Below are positions 23,188 to 35,673 of a stretch of DNA of 64,000 nucleotides, piece after piece; position 1 is the first letter of the stretch, and the number at the start of each line of letters is the position of its first letter. Both the position numbers and the translations under genes were made by a program. Location: assembly GCF_016097555.1 (NCBI RefSeq), contig NW_024532772.1:67754-131753 (forward strand). Direction: 5' to 3'. This stretch comes from Gigantopelta aegis. Lineage: Eukaryota. The notes beneath the pieces are model-generated. The model saw only the letters and a list, made by a program, of their open reading frames with translations. It was not told the DNA's origin and did no database searches.

Positions 23188-24340
23188 TCACGAGGAATGA
23201 AGGAAGGGAATTATGTGAACCATAGTATGCCAAGAGGTGTACGTCAACCAGATCCAACAGGATATCCCAGGTTTCAACCAGTAATGGATCTAATGCAGCC
23301 ACCAGCACATTATGGACCACATTCTGGTATGGGTATGCCAAGAATGATAAACCAACCTACTCCTCGGCCTGCATTGTATAACATGCCACAGTCAGGAGGC
23401 TCTGTGATGCAAAGACATCCACATATGGGAAGTCACCCTAGAATGGTTCGTCCACCTATGAACCCTCCTCCATTCATGACAAGGGGAATGCAACTAGGAA
23501 CAACTGTAATGCAGCTTTCTGGAGAACATTGTCAAATGATGACTCATCCTTATACTAGTGTAGTCAGCTCTTTACATCATCCTCCAAGTCATTTGCCAGT
23601 GGTGTCTCACTTTCTCTCTGAAACCCCTTCGACATTCTTTTCCAAAATGTTTCAAACACCGCAAAGACCCATTAGTGGTCCTCGATCATCTGTATCTCAT
23701 CTAGTTATTCAAGACAAATCAAAATCACTCCTCATAAACGAAATCTACACTCTCAATGTGATAAACTAAGCAAAAGACCAATTAATCCTCTCCTATCTTT
23801 ACCATTATCATCAGCTTCATTAGTGAATTCTGAAACTGTTATTGTATCTCCAAATGATTCATCTGGTTTTGTTTATAATAGTGTAGATGTGCCAATATCA
23901 TCAGAGCATCAATATGAAAGAAAGAAATCCATTGAAGAGGAACAGAAAAATGGCAGAAAATCACCAAAACAAGTGAAAACAAAAGAACCTCCTGACATAG
24001 CGCAATGTAAGATCACATCTAGTGCTTTTAAAAATGTTTCTTCTTTGGTGGTGGTATCATCAGATCATGAACATAATGTAATGACTACTCAAGAATCATT
24101 AGTTAGGCAGGGTCATCTATATTTTAAAGACCGTTCAAGGAAGCAATCAAATGAAATTGCATGTTGTAGTGATACAATCAATCAACAGTCATGGAAGGAG
24201 GGATGGGCTGATGGGTGGATGAATGGATGGATGGATGCATCAAAAGGTCTACCTCTGAATCCTGAAATACCGTTCAATTATAAAAATTTACCTCCAGAGC
24301 TAACAAGACCATCATCACTACCAAATTTTCAATTAACTAT
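23188..24340 (+). CDS. MED15: downstream M/P/H/Q-rich low-complexity exons of locus 1
   Basis: GGEMMQRSRGMKEG...MMQRHPHMGSHPRMVRPPMNPPPFMTRGMQLG... Paralogous to 27741-28195 and 34568-35158. Confidence 0.45.
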
Positions 24341-24945
24341 AGTAAGTAACCCATGTTATTGTGATAGCAAATTGCATTTTTGAGCAAGAATAGTACATTA
24401 TATTTAAAGGATAATGATTTTTCATTATTAACAAATGTTTGTATATGTCATGCTGTCGCTGCTACAAATGTATCATTCAGAGGAACCAAGTATATATGAA
24501 ACTACAAATCAAAATTGTGTGTTATATTGTATATATATATGAACCAATTAATAATATTCAATAATTTGTATGCTTTAATTTGTTTTTGCACAATAAATGC
24601 TTTACCAGCCACAATTAAGACAATGCATTGATTTCTTTTATTTCAGTAATGTATAAGAGAAACAACCTTATCAATGAAATTCATCATGCATCCTATTGAT
24701 GTTAGTGATCAGTTTATGCCACCATTAGCAAGCAATTAGCTTGAAAAAGTGATTTGAGGCCACAAGTCCCACTTTGATATGCCTGCATATCAAACAATAA
24801 CTAATACTAATGCACTCTTCTTTATATGTAGTGTTCTCACAAAATACTTTGACACAAAGTGTACAAGAGGGAAACGTCACAGGAACACACCAATCCATTG
24901 GTAAGTATAATGAAGCCAACAATGGATGAATATTTTCATATTTCT

Positions 24946-25160
24946 AGATAAAATATTTCAAACCTATTTTGATGATCTTTGTGTGGCAATCGAAGCTTAC
25001 CCACTCCGCATTGTTAATAAACTTATTTCTTCTCAACTAATAGATTCTACTGTTAGAAAAGATGTAACAGATATGCAGAGTGCATATCAAAAGGCTAACA
25101 AAATTGTTATGAGTATTGAGAGCTGTTTAAAAGGTAATAATAATCAACTTGAATATCTGC
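24946..25160 (+). CDS. helical death-fold-like exon of unknown family
   Basis: DKIFQTYFDDLCVAIEAYPLRIVNKLISSQLIDSTVRKDVTDMQSAYQKANKIVMSIESCLK between acceptor tatttctag and donor GTAATA. A degenerate paralog lies at 33165-33460. Confidence 0.3.
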
Positions 25161-25837
25161 AAAAGTTTTGCGACTTTCTTCAAAACAAAGTTGATTATAG
25201 AATTCTTAATATATTGGTGCTAAAATGGGGACTGATTGTAAATTAGCTTACCCCTTTCTTCTGTAGAAAAGAGGGTCTGGAATTAGACTCTTTTAATAAT
25301 TTATATTATAAAATCATACATTCTAGGTTATTTATTTGAAATTTATAATCTAAACCTAACATTATAGTAAAAACAGTTTCTATAGAAACTATACAAGAAC
25401 TCCTAAAAGTATTATTCCAAATATGTATATAATAATTATCTGTATTTTTTGTTTTAAACAATAGCAAAATTTTTATACTTTTCTATTATTCTGTCAATCC
25501 GAAAATCAGTTCATTGCTGATGTTGGAAAAAATATTAACATTTAGATAGTGTGGTAATGAATGTTTAATATAGGGGGTGGTGCATTTTACGACCAGTTTA
25601 GAAATCATGATGTCTGTCACGGAATATCTGGACCCCCGAAATAATTGTTACCCGGAACAATTATTTCAAAGTTTTAAATGAAAGGAAACGGCCGCCTTTG
25701 AAATGTAGTGACCCCCTTTATATATTTCACACTTTTTTCAAGTTCTCTGTCAGATGCTAGTAACATATCATTGAGCGACCATAAAATGGCATGCTTGAGC
25801 GCTTGGTGTTACAGTAGATCTACTGGACGAACGGAGC

Positions 25838-26629
25838 ATGGACTCAGAAAGTGAAATCAGTACCACTGAGCCCGAAGACCTGATTTTAGATCTAGCCATC
25901 CATTATGCTGTACATCGCAGCTATCCACCAGGGTCGTCAAAGGAGAAAGCAGTACTTATTAATAATGGCTGGCTGACAGACAAGATCATCAATGAAGCTC
26001 AAAGTTTACTGAAGAAAAAATACCCCTATGTTAATGGACTTCAGGATGTGACACTAGGACTACTTTGTCATTTGCTATACAAACAGAGGAGTTTGTTCAA
26101 TTTTTCATACTGGACATGCCCACTGGGTAACAGTTACCAACATTGGTTGCAAAGATGGGGAAATCAACATCTTCGATAGCTATCCCCCAGTCACTACAAC
26201 ACACCTACTAGACCAGATTGCAGCACTGCTTGCAACTCCAAGATCTACCAGATATATGGACACCCAACTGCAGTGTGGTTCAACAGACTGTGGCATCTTC
26301 GCCATTGCATTTGCTGCAACCCTAGCAAATGGGATTAACCTGGGGCTTTCCATTTTGATCAGCCACAAATGCGAAAGCACTTGATACACTGTCTAGAAAC
26401 ACAGTGTCTCTCAGACTTTCCAGTTCAGCGAAGAAGGAGAAGAGGAAATGTAGTTAAGCATTCATATGCTCTGTACATCTACTGTTCCTGTAGAATGCCT
26501 GAACATCCAGGATGTACAATGGTGCAGTGCTCTACCTGTGGAGAGTGGTTCCATGTTGGTGTATGTGTGACTATACCCACTGAAATTTTAGACTCATCTA
26601 CAAAGTGGTCCTGTAACAAGTGTATTTAG
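25838..26629 (+). CDS. intronless Ulp1/SENP-like (C48) cysteine protease with a C-terminal PHD-type zinc finger. Frame slips at a T5 run near 26104
   Basis: LINNGWLTDKIINEAQSLL (the WLND-type motif), FHTGHAHWVTVTNIGCKDGEINIFDSY (His and Asp), QCGSTDCGIFAIAFAATLANG (Gln and Cys), then CSCRMPEHPGCTMVQCSTCGEWFHVGCVTIPTEILDSSTKWSCNKC. Confidence 0.6.
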
Positions 26630-26881
26630 TATAGTGTCAACACATTGCAACATAGAGATTATTAATTATTCATGGTGGTCTTTATGTTTTAGTTTTGTTG
26701 AAATATTAGTTCCAGGGGGGGGGCAATATATTATGAAAAAGAAGGACCTAGGGGGGATTTATTATTTCAGAGAGGGTTCATATATTTCAACATGCCACTG
26801 AAATATAAGTTCCAGGGGGATCAAATATTGCAAAATATTAGGACCGGGGGAACAAATTAAGGGGAACCAATTTTTTGTGAC

Positions 26882-27193
26882 ATGTCTTCTGAGGAATGGA
26901 GGAGACCAGAAAAACGACAGGCAATTGTTAGGAAAATGTAAGAGTAATATTAAAAGATGTATGGACAAATAGATGAATGAACTGATGATATTGAATCGAA
27001 AGACCCACTTGTTGTTAAAGTTATATTATAACAAGCTTTGATGATATTCTTACAAACTGACCTTTAGAATAGAATTGTTACTATATTGTTATTGTTCTTG
27101 TTCAGTGCTGAGGCAGTGAGAATGTTTCCTGGAGTCTCAACTTGTAATCCAGGAGATGTAGAAGCTACTATTTACAACAAAGCTAAATCTGAG
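26882..27193 (+). CDS. MED15: MED15-like locus 2, exons 1-2 (KIX)
   Basis: MSSEEWRRPEKRQAIVRKM..., then intron, then exon 27106-27193 AEAVRMFPGVSTCNPGDVEATIYNKAKSE. Confidence 0.5.
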
Positions 27194-27740
27194 GTCAGTC
27201 TCACTTGTATATTGACCACACTACTGATTACTTTATTGTTTAATATTGTAAAGATAACAATACATCATTAACACAGTATTTATTGTTATATCAAAAAAAT
27301 ATATAATTATAACAAATATAAAAAATATCACAACAATCACTATAATATGAATACAAAATGTTTAATTATAATAAATTACAGTTTAATAATTGGGACATTA
27401 AATAGAACATCTTAATGGGTCTATATTTTTCCTAATCTATTTTATAGCATGAGTATATGAACATGGTTGGTAAGATAGATTTGTCTATTAAGCATAGAGG
27501 AATGGGACTGATCCAACAAACAACAACATCCTGCACAGCAACCAGGCGGATGGCAACCACAACCAGGTAGATAGATAAATGTTAAAGATCTTGTACCCAT
27601 CCAATGAAAGTGCGATACCTATAAATTAAAACTCTCACACACCTGTTCAGTAACCTCTTACTCATACATTAAAATGTCTCATACTCATACACTTGAACTC
27701 TCATACCCATTATTAAGAGCTTTCATTCTCATGTGCACAG

Positions 27741-28195
27741 GGGCACATTGTAGACCACATTCTGGTATTGGTATGCTAAGAATGATAAACCAACCTACTC
27801 CTCAGCCTGCAATGTATAACATGCCACAGTCGGGAGGCCGTATGATGCAAAGACATCCACATATGGGAAGTCACCCTGGAATGGTTCGTCCACCTATGAA
27901 CCTCCCTCCATTTATGACAAGGGGAATGCCACCGGGACAATGCCTCCAATGAGACCTGTAATGAATATGGCCTCGATGCAGGGTTCTGGGAAAACAAGTG
28001 GTGACAGCATTACCTAATCCATATATCACTGGAGTTGACCCTGCCCATCAACCTCCCGGCCATCCATCTGGTGCTCCCTCCCCTTATTCCAGAAGTGCTT
28101 CCTCGTCTGTTTATCAACCCTCTCATCCAACAGCTTCTTCAGGTGCACCTCCTCCACAACCACATCCTCCTCAGACCAATTCTCCAAAGCCTCGT
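27741..28195 (+). CDS. MED15: MED15-like locus 2, Q/P/M/S/Y-rich exon with two apparent 1-nt frameshifts
   Basis: ...MINQPTPQPAMYNMPQSGGRMMQRHPHMGSHPGMVRPPMNLPPFMTRGMPPG / MRPVMNMASMQGSGK / VTALPNPYITGVDPAHQPPGHPSGAPSPYSRSASSSVYQPSHPTASSGAPPPQPHPPQTNSPKPR, then GTAAGT. Confidence 0.45.
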
Positions 28196-28282
28196 GTAAG
28201 TTTGATAATTACCAATACATGAACGATCCTCCTTTTCCATATAGCCTCATATCCCATATCTCATATCCCATATCCCATCTCC

Positions 28283-28325
28283 CAATACTCCTTGGAATCC
28301 AATTAAGAAACTCTTTGTTGAGAAA
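28283..28325 (+). CDS. MED15: locus 2 remnant of the conserved Med15 C-terminal motif exon (..LRNSLLRKKR). The preceding ~320 bp present in locus 3 is deleted
   Basis: Alignment of 28270-28330 against 35270-35680. Confidence 0.35.
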
Positions 28326-29959
28326 GAAACGGGTAACTGCTTTGATAATCTAAGATCATCCACTCTCTATCTCTTTCCATTTATTTCATATTACTTTGTC
28401 TCCAACTTCCTCTCTTCTCATATGCCTTTTTCTATATCCAAATACAGCCCTTCTGATAAGTCACCTCCTAAGAAGAAAGCAAGTTTTGAAAACCAAAGTT
28501 GTTTACATAAAGTATATTATGAATTTATATATTCTTACCTAATACAGTTACATAAGGTATTATTATATATAGTAAAACACTTAATATAATATAGTAATGA
28601 GGAGCATATTAGCTTGCAACATTGGTACTATTATTTAAAGGAGAAGGTTGGGTATAAAGCAGTATGTGTGTGTGTGGGGGGGGTGTTACTATAGCAACAA
28701 TATTATAAATTGTTAATTGCAAGTAAACATTACTTCTTTCTTAACAACCAAGTAGGCTATTTATAGTATATCCTGTGTTTGATCATTTGTAATTATATTA
28801 AATGATAGTATGGGACTGTATACACTTCTTGGTTATGTTCTCTTACGAGGCAATTAACTATTAAATAAATGGTGTGAATATATTATTTATAATTCAAGAC
28901 TATTAGGCAATAGATTAAACAAGAGTATAAATCGAGATTGTCTTGACAGTACTAGGCTCTTATCTATGCTATTGTCTATAATACACAATGAGACTTCTCT
29001 ACCTAAGTGCTTGAACCTAAGCGTTTTTGTTAGCACCCTACTTAGATATTCAGTCAAGTTAAATGATTAACTAAAGATTCCAAGTTGGCAAAAGTAACAT
29101 CTTTCTTTGTCACTTACAAATGGAATCATTAGCTTCTATGTAAAAAAGCAAGGTTTCATTTTTGACAGTTATTATAGTGAAAAAAGCTTTATGGCTAAAG
29201 TTTGAAGTATTTACTGACTACATCAGAACTGTACCCATAATTCAATTTCTTAGCATTAACATCATATATTATCAAATTTTAATCTGCCTTACTTAATTTT
29301 ATATCTCTCCATTTTCCCACATTTTTTCCTTTATAATATCTTAAGGTACTATTAAGGAACAACAAGCCAATAAATTAGAGTTTGAAGAATTTAAAATTGC
29401 CACAGAAGTACAGAGTAAGGTTCGAATTGTTATATTAAGTAAATAGGATCAATTACAATGTCATTTCTTTAGATGTATCTGTTCTTCAAAATAATGCACG
29501 TTTTAGACAAGTATTTGAAAAGGCTACACCAGAACAAAGAAAGGTATGAAGATGATTAGTGACTATATGTTTATTATTATATTCTCTTTAAGATGTTAAT
29601 GGCCAGATTTGAACAAAAAGCACGACAGCAAGAACAAATCAGTATGTTTATAGTCTTCTAAATAATAAGTGTTACTTTGATGGTTATGTGCAGTGATGAA
29701 AGCTTTATGGCTAGTTAAATTCTAAAGAATACATCAGAACTGTACCCATAATTCAATTTCTTAGCATTAACATCATATATTATCAAATTTTAATCTGCCT
29801 TACTTAATTTTATATCTCTCCATTTTCCACATTTTTCTCATCCTAAGTCCTTGATCCTTTTAATGGCAATGAAGTAGTGTAACTTTTAATCATTATTTAT
29901 TTTGCATTGTCCATGTGTGTGACATTAAGAGAGGTTGGGGAATAGCATACCATAGAAAT

Positions 29960-30007
29960 TCTAAATGATGTCACAGCACTGTATCTGGATACAATGCTGT
30001 GACATCA
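29960..30007. other. perfect 13-bp inverted repeat TGATGTCACAGCA(N22)TGCTGTGACATCA
   Basis: Seen directly, 30 bp upstream of the Roc P-loop ORF. Confidence 0.6.
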
Positions 30008-30038
30008 CTTTATCAAGTGTAAGCACCTTTTTGTCATT

Positions 30039-30263
30039 ATGAAAATTGAAATTGTATCATGTCGAGTTTTTACTATATCTTGTTGTCCTTATTGTAGAGA
30101 TCTCACAACAGACTTTCACACGAAGTCTACAGAGGGATATGTCCGCCTTACTATTTTAAAAATTATTTCAATTGGACCTCCAGGAGTAGGAAAAACGTCA
30201 TTCAAGTCTCTCCTTTTTAATTGGCCTCCAGTTTTACAGCACCACAGTACTGGTATAGACTAG
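30039..30263 (+). CDS. Ras-like/Roc GTPase P-loop exon (G1 motif)
   Basis: LKIISIGPPGVGKTSFKSLLFNWPP. Confidence 0.45.
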   Translation: MKIEIVSCRVFTISCCPYCRDLTTDFHTKSTEGYVRLTILKIISIGPPGVGKTSFKSLLFNWPPVLQHHSTGID

Positions 30264-31094
30264 TCGTCCTGTTAAAAGCCATTGAAAGAATGATTGGAAC
30301 AAAATGATGAGAAGATCTGGGAAAATGTCACAGCAGAGAGATTATTAAGTATATAACAGGTGCTATGAACGCACTCGAAACTATAAACCCAGCTGTTTCT
30401 GATCTGTTACTGGAAGTCATAGTGATTATTTGGTAGAAAATCCTACTTTCCTCCAATCTTCCACAAACAAGAAGTAGAATTTCAGTCCAGAAAGTATCAT
30501 CTGAGCTACAACCTGACCCTCATTTATTCAACAAAAATATTAGAGCCATTGGAAAAAGAAGGTATCTGAAGAGCTCTACCAGTCAACTTGGATCTATTTC
30601 TTGTGATAGTGGTGGTCAACCACACTTTGCTGATGTATCTCCGAGCTTTATTCGTTTTCTAACACCATTTATACTATTGCTATCAAATTAACTGATAGAC
30701 TATCAGATAGACCTGCATTTTGTTATTCTTTAAAAGGCAAGTACTCACCAATCCTAGTGAACTATGTATGAGCAATTTACAACTTATCAAGCATTTTGTT
30801 CGCTCTATGGTTTCATCAAAATCAGATGCACCTTCTAAGAGCAGTAAATCTTTGATATTTATTATTGGTACTTGTTCTGATCTGTATTATTCTAATGTGT
30901 CAAATATGGAGTCTATTAAAGAAAAAGATAATCGCTTATATCTGAGTTAGGTGAGTTCGGGGAGCACTTAATTTTTCATAATGAACTCTCACATGAATTG
31001 ATTCATCCTGTCAACAATTTGTGTGAAGGGGAGTATCGTGAGAAGCTCTCTCTAAGTTAAGGCAAGTATTTATGAGTCGGATAAAGAAAGCTGA

Positions 31095-31354
31095 AGTGGA
31101 GGTCCAAATACCAATACGATGGTTTGTATTTGAAATTATGATGAAAGACCAGGGTGTCAGGTGAGGGGAATAGTTACTTTGGAGATTATGTTATTACAAT
31201 TGGCCGAAAGTTGGGTATAGAAGAACACGAAGTAACAGAATGTTTGAAGTACTTTGATTCTTTGTCATTAGTTCTTTATTTTCCCAAGATCCTTCCCAAT
31301 ATAATCTTCTCTAATTTTCAGTATCTTCAACTTGACATGCTTTCAAATCTCTGA
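31095..31354 (+). CDS. COR-domain-like segment, frameshifted
   Basis: IRWFVFEIMMKDQGVR / GEGNSYFGDYVITIGRKLGIEEHEVTECLKYFDSLSLVLYFPKILPNIIFSNFQYL resembles the COR-A motif L.FLHDLG.LLHF....L...VFLDPQWL. Confidence 0.3.
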
Positions 31355-33699
31355 TAAGCATTTCATTTGTAAATTATAGTTTAACTCTGGTGCTCAAATT
31401 AAAACTACGAGACGAGGGAATATATTGAAGAATCATTATTGGATGAGTTACCTACACTGAAGTTGTTCCATTACACTTCACAAAGACAGAGTTCTTAAAA
31501 TTACTCAAATATCTTGTATTGTCGCTCCTATTTCATCAACATTGATTTATTCCTGTTGTTTATCAGTGAAGGAGAAGAAGAAAGAAAAGTTAAAGAATGA
31601 TAATATAGAAACAAATGATTATTAAGTTTCAAAATCGGGAGTAGTACCTCAGGTAAATAAACACAAAGCTAATAAATTACTCTAATAAACAGCAACAACG
31701 ACACTATTAATGACTAATCAATGGCCACTGCATGATTGTATGAGGGTTGTCTGTCTGTTTAGATATATGACAAATATAACATGTAGGTAATAATACAATA
31801 ACAATAATATATAATATGTCAACTTTGTAGTTGTTGTAATCCATTTCCACCAATCGGGACCAAATAAAAACCAGCTGGTAAAAGCATTAGCTACTACAAC
31901 TAACTAAATAATTTTGGATATATTGTCATGTATCTGTTGAATATTATATGTCTGCATAGTGTGACTCGTGAATGTTGATTGCTAAAAGTAAACAAGAAAG
32001 AGGAAGAGGAATTTTAGATGAGGATTCTGAAGTTTAATATTTCTATTCTTTCTAGGGTGTATTTCTGGCAGAGTAGTTGTGGGTTGTAAACAGGAGAAAT
32101 TATCCAAAGTTCTCTGTAGATTTAAAAGTAGAACAAATGAGACAAGCAGTGGAACTCTTCTATCATGATCTCAGTGCAACCACTTGTACTAATTGAAGAA
32201 TTTCAATGGATTGAAGTACATTTTTTTGGTGACAGAGAAAACGTGTCATGATTTAAAGAAGCTATCAGTGAAACTATATTATCTTGTGCTGATCTACTTG
32301 CTTATGATTTTTCAATAGTGGGAATTGTTATTTCAGTGCCCTGTCGGCTACCACATGAGGAAGGGTTCTTACCCATTTCATCATTTTCCGTTATCAATAA
32401 AGAATCCCTTATCATCAATTGCCCATATGAAAAGCGTTTTTTTTTTTTTGCGTTCAAGATTATCACCTAACCAACAATGCTGGTTTAACCAGGGTTAAGT
32501 TAGTAGTCAAAGTTAGTTACATATTTCAATTGTAATTGACATATGTACAAGATAGCAGGTTGAGTATTGGTCATGTTTGTAAGTATCCTCCATGTCAATC
32601 AATTGTGTATTAACTTGGTCCTTCTATGCTTGTAGACACTTGCCAAATTGTTTCTAAAGCTCTGACAAACAGAGATGCTTTGACACTACTAATGCCTATT
32701 AAGTATGAATCGATTTTTAATGTTTTCATCCATGTTTTTGTGTGTGCCTCATGACAATGCTTTTACATTATAAATAATACAACTATAAGTAACTGGAAAA
32801 CTGTCACAACATATTGATTACAGACTCATACTACATTAACATATATGAGTGATTTGATAACTATATAGTTAGTTTTTAACAAGAGTGGCAGAAGGTCAAA
32901 GTTAACATGAACAGACTCTTAAGTCTTTGATTTTGCAGGTTGATGTTAACAATAATAATACTGTACTACATACTACAGAGGTAAGTTTGATATCTCTCAT
33001 TTCACTTTGTACTAGATGCAGTTCAGAAATCTTTCAGGAATTATTTGCTATTACTGATTTTGCAGGGTTGTACTATTACTGATTTGCCAATACCATTGGT
33101 AAGTATATTAAAGTCATCAGTATAATTATATAAACTTATAATGCCTTTTCTTTCAAAGATCCTCTTAATATATTTCAAACCTATTCTGCTAATCTTTTGT
33201 GATGCTATTGAGCTGATCCCCTTCGTATTGTTAATAGGCTTATTTCTCATAGACTGGTACGACCAAGTATTAGAAAATGAATATTACAACAATGACTGGT
33301 ACAGCATATGACCAAAGCTAGCAAAATTACTCAAAAGTATTGAGAGCTATTTAGAAGGCCAGTAATGAACAAGTCAAATTTCTACAAAATCTTTGTGACT
33401 TTCTTCAAAACAATGTTGAAGATAGAACTCTTAATGATATTGGTGCTAATATGAGGAAACTGTTGTAAATCACTTTTCATAAAGTCAGTGGAAAAGCTAT
33501 CACCTCTCTTCTCAGAAGGCATGGCTACACAAGATTACCACTTGACATTATCTGTTGAGTCAATGCAAGAGAGATATTAGAAACATATTATTTATTATAA
33601 TAGACACAATTTTGACAATTTTACTGAATGGGTGTGGCCTCGGTGGTGATTATATTTGTGGGGTGGGCATTCCATGACTACACAACTATTCCATGACTA

Positions 33700-34349
33700 A
33701 GAAATCATGATGTCTTCTGAGGAAGGAGGAGACCAGAAAAAGCGACAGGAATTGTCAGGAAAATGTAAGAATAATATTAAAAGGCCCACTTATTGTTAAA
33801 GTTACATTTATAACAAGCTTTGATGTTGATATCTCTCACAAACTGACCTTTAGAATAGAACTATTACTATATCGTTGTTTGTTATTCTTTTTGTTCAGTG
33901 CTGATCCCCCGGGCAGTGAGGATGTTTCCTGAAGTCTTAACTCGTAATCCAGGGATGTAGAAGCTACCCTATCTACACACAAAGCTAAATCTGAGGTAAG
34001 TGGTCACTTTGTATATTGACCACTAATGATTTACTTTATTGTTTACATATTGTAAATATACCAATACATCATTAATTAGTATCATATTGGTATGTCTAAA
34101 ATATATATGGATTATAACAAATGTAAAAGATATCATATCAACAGTAATGTGAATAAAAAATACCCTCATTTAATGATAATTAATAGATTTACTGATAATA
34201 ACAAGATTGTAAGATTAGTAATTGGGACATGTAATAGAAACGTACTTAATGGGTATATATTTTTGCTAATCTCTTTTATAGCATGAGTCTTATGAACAGG
34301 GTTGGTAAGATAGTTTTGTCTATTAAGCATAGAGGAATGGGACTGATTG

Positions 34350-34380
<31 letters not shown>

Positions 34381-35673
34381 CTCCACAGCAACCAGGTGGA
34401 TGGCAACAACCAACAGGTAGAACATAATTGTTAAAGATCTTGTAACCCATCCATGAAAGTTCTCGATACCTATAAAATTAAAAACTCACACTATTCATTT
34501 AACCTCTACTCATACATTAAAAAGTCTCATACCCATTCATACAACTTTTTTTCATTCTCATGTACACAGGAAGTGAAATGATTCAAAAGACCACAGGGAA
34601 TGATAGAATGGGATCATATGAACCAGGGCCTGACTGGAGGTGTACCTCAACCAGATCCAAACAAGGATATCCTGGGTTTCAACCAGGAAGCCACCCAATG
34701 CAACCACATTATGGACAACATTCTGGTATGGGTATATTGCCAAGAATGATGAACCAAACCTACCTCAGTCTGTATGTATAACAATGCACAGTGGGGGGGA
34801 GGGCCTATGATGCAAAGACATCAACATATGGGAAGTCACCCTGGAATGGTTGTCAACCTATGAACCCCCTCCATTAATGACACAAGGGAATGCCACCGGG
34901 ACCAATGCTCCTAGGAGACCCATAATGAATATGACCTCGATGCAGGGTTCTGGAGACACAGTGGTGACGGCATTACTAATCCATATACACATGGAGTTGA
35001 CCCTGCCCATCAACCTCCGGCCATCCATCTGGTGCTCCCTCTCCCTTATTCCGGAAGTGCTTCTCGTCTGTTTATCAAACCCCTCATCCAACAGCTTTAC
35101 AGGTGCACACCTCCTCCAACACCACATCCTCCTAGACCAATTCTCCAAAGCCTCGTTGTAAGTTGATAATTACCAATACATGAACGATCCTCCTTTTCCA
35201 TATAGCATCCTCAAGCACCTTCCCATCGTCAGCCCTTATCCCACCCCCCCCCCCCCCATCTCCCAATACTCATTGGAATCCAAATTCTCATCAATATATA
35301 CCAGCCCTGGTCAAACCTCAGGCCAGCCATCTATCACACCAGAAGCCAATACAGTGTTCTTGTTTAAAACTTCAGGAAAACTACGCCTTATATACCACTG
35401 TTAGCTAGAATGATTGACAGATTAAATCGAGCTAAAGGATCAAGTGATGAGAAGAAGTCGGTTGACCAGCTCTCAAAGTTAAAAAACAGTCTTTACAATG
35501 TTGCAATCAAAAAATATGAGTAAATAGATATAAACTTATATGATGGAATTAGCATTTTGAGTTAATGAAGTTTGGGAGTGTTAATAACATCTTCTTTCCT
35601 TTAGGTTCCTTTGCAAAACTTTAGAAAAGTGCCATCAAGCTCTTAAGAAACTCTTTGTTGAGAAAGAAAACAG
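33700..35673 (+). pseudogene. MED15: MED15-like locus 3: KIX exons, a Q/P-rich exon and two conserved Med15 C-terminal exons, with multiple frameshifts
   Basis: Exon 35376-35518 LKLQENYALY / IPLLARMIDRLNRAKGSSDEKKSVDQLSKLKNSLYNVAIKKY(E) and exon 35605-35673 FLCKTLEKCHQALKKLFVEKEN match Med15 ...YLDKLKQLSKYIEPLRRMINKIDKNEDRKKDLSKMKSLLDIL..KRCPLKTLQKCEIALEKL. Frames break at 33935, 34790-34870 and 35390. Confidence 0.55.
35240..35256. repeat. poly-C tract (C14)
   Basis: cccaccccccccccccccatctc. Confidence 0.8.

Noticed and set aside
23823-24383. Assigning ORF 23823-24383 to the Med15 C-terminal domain
   Set aside because: Its similarity to Med15 is weak (only LPPELTRPSSLP). The true Med15 motif exons are clearly present only in locus 3, so I left this as unassigned low-complexity coding sequence.
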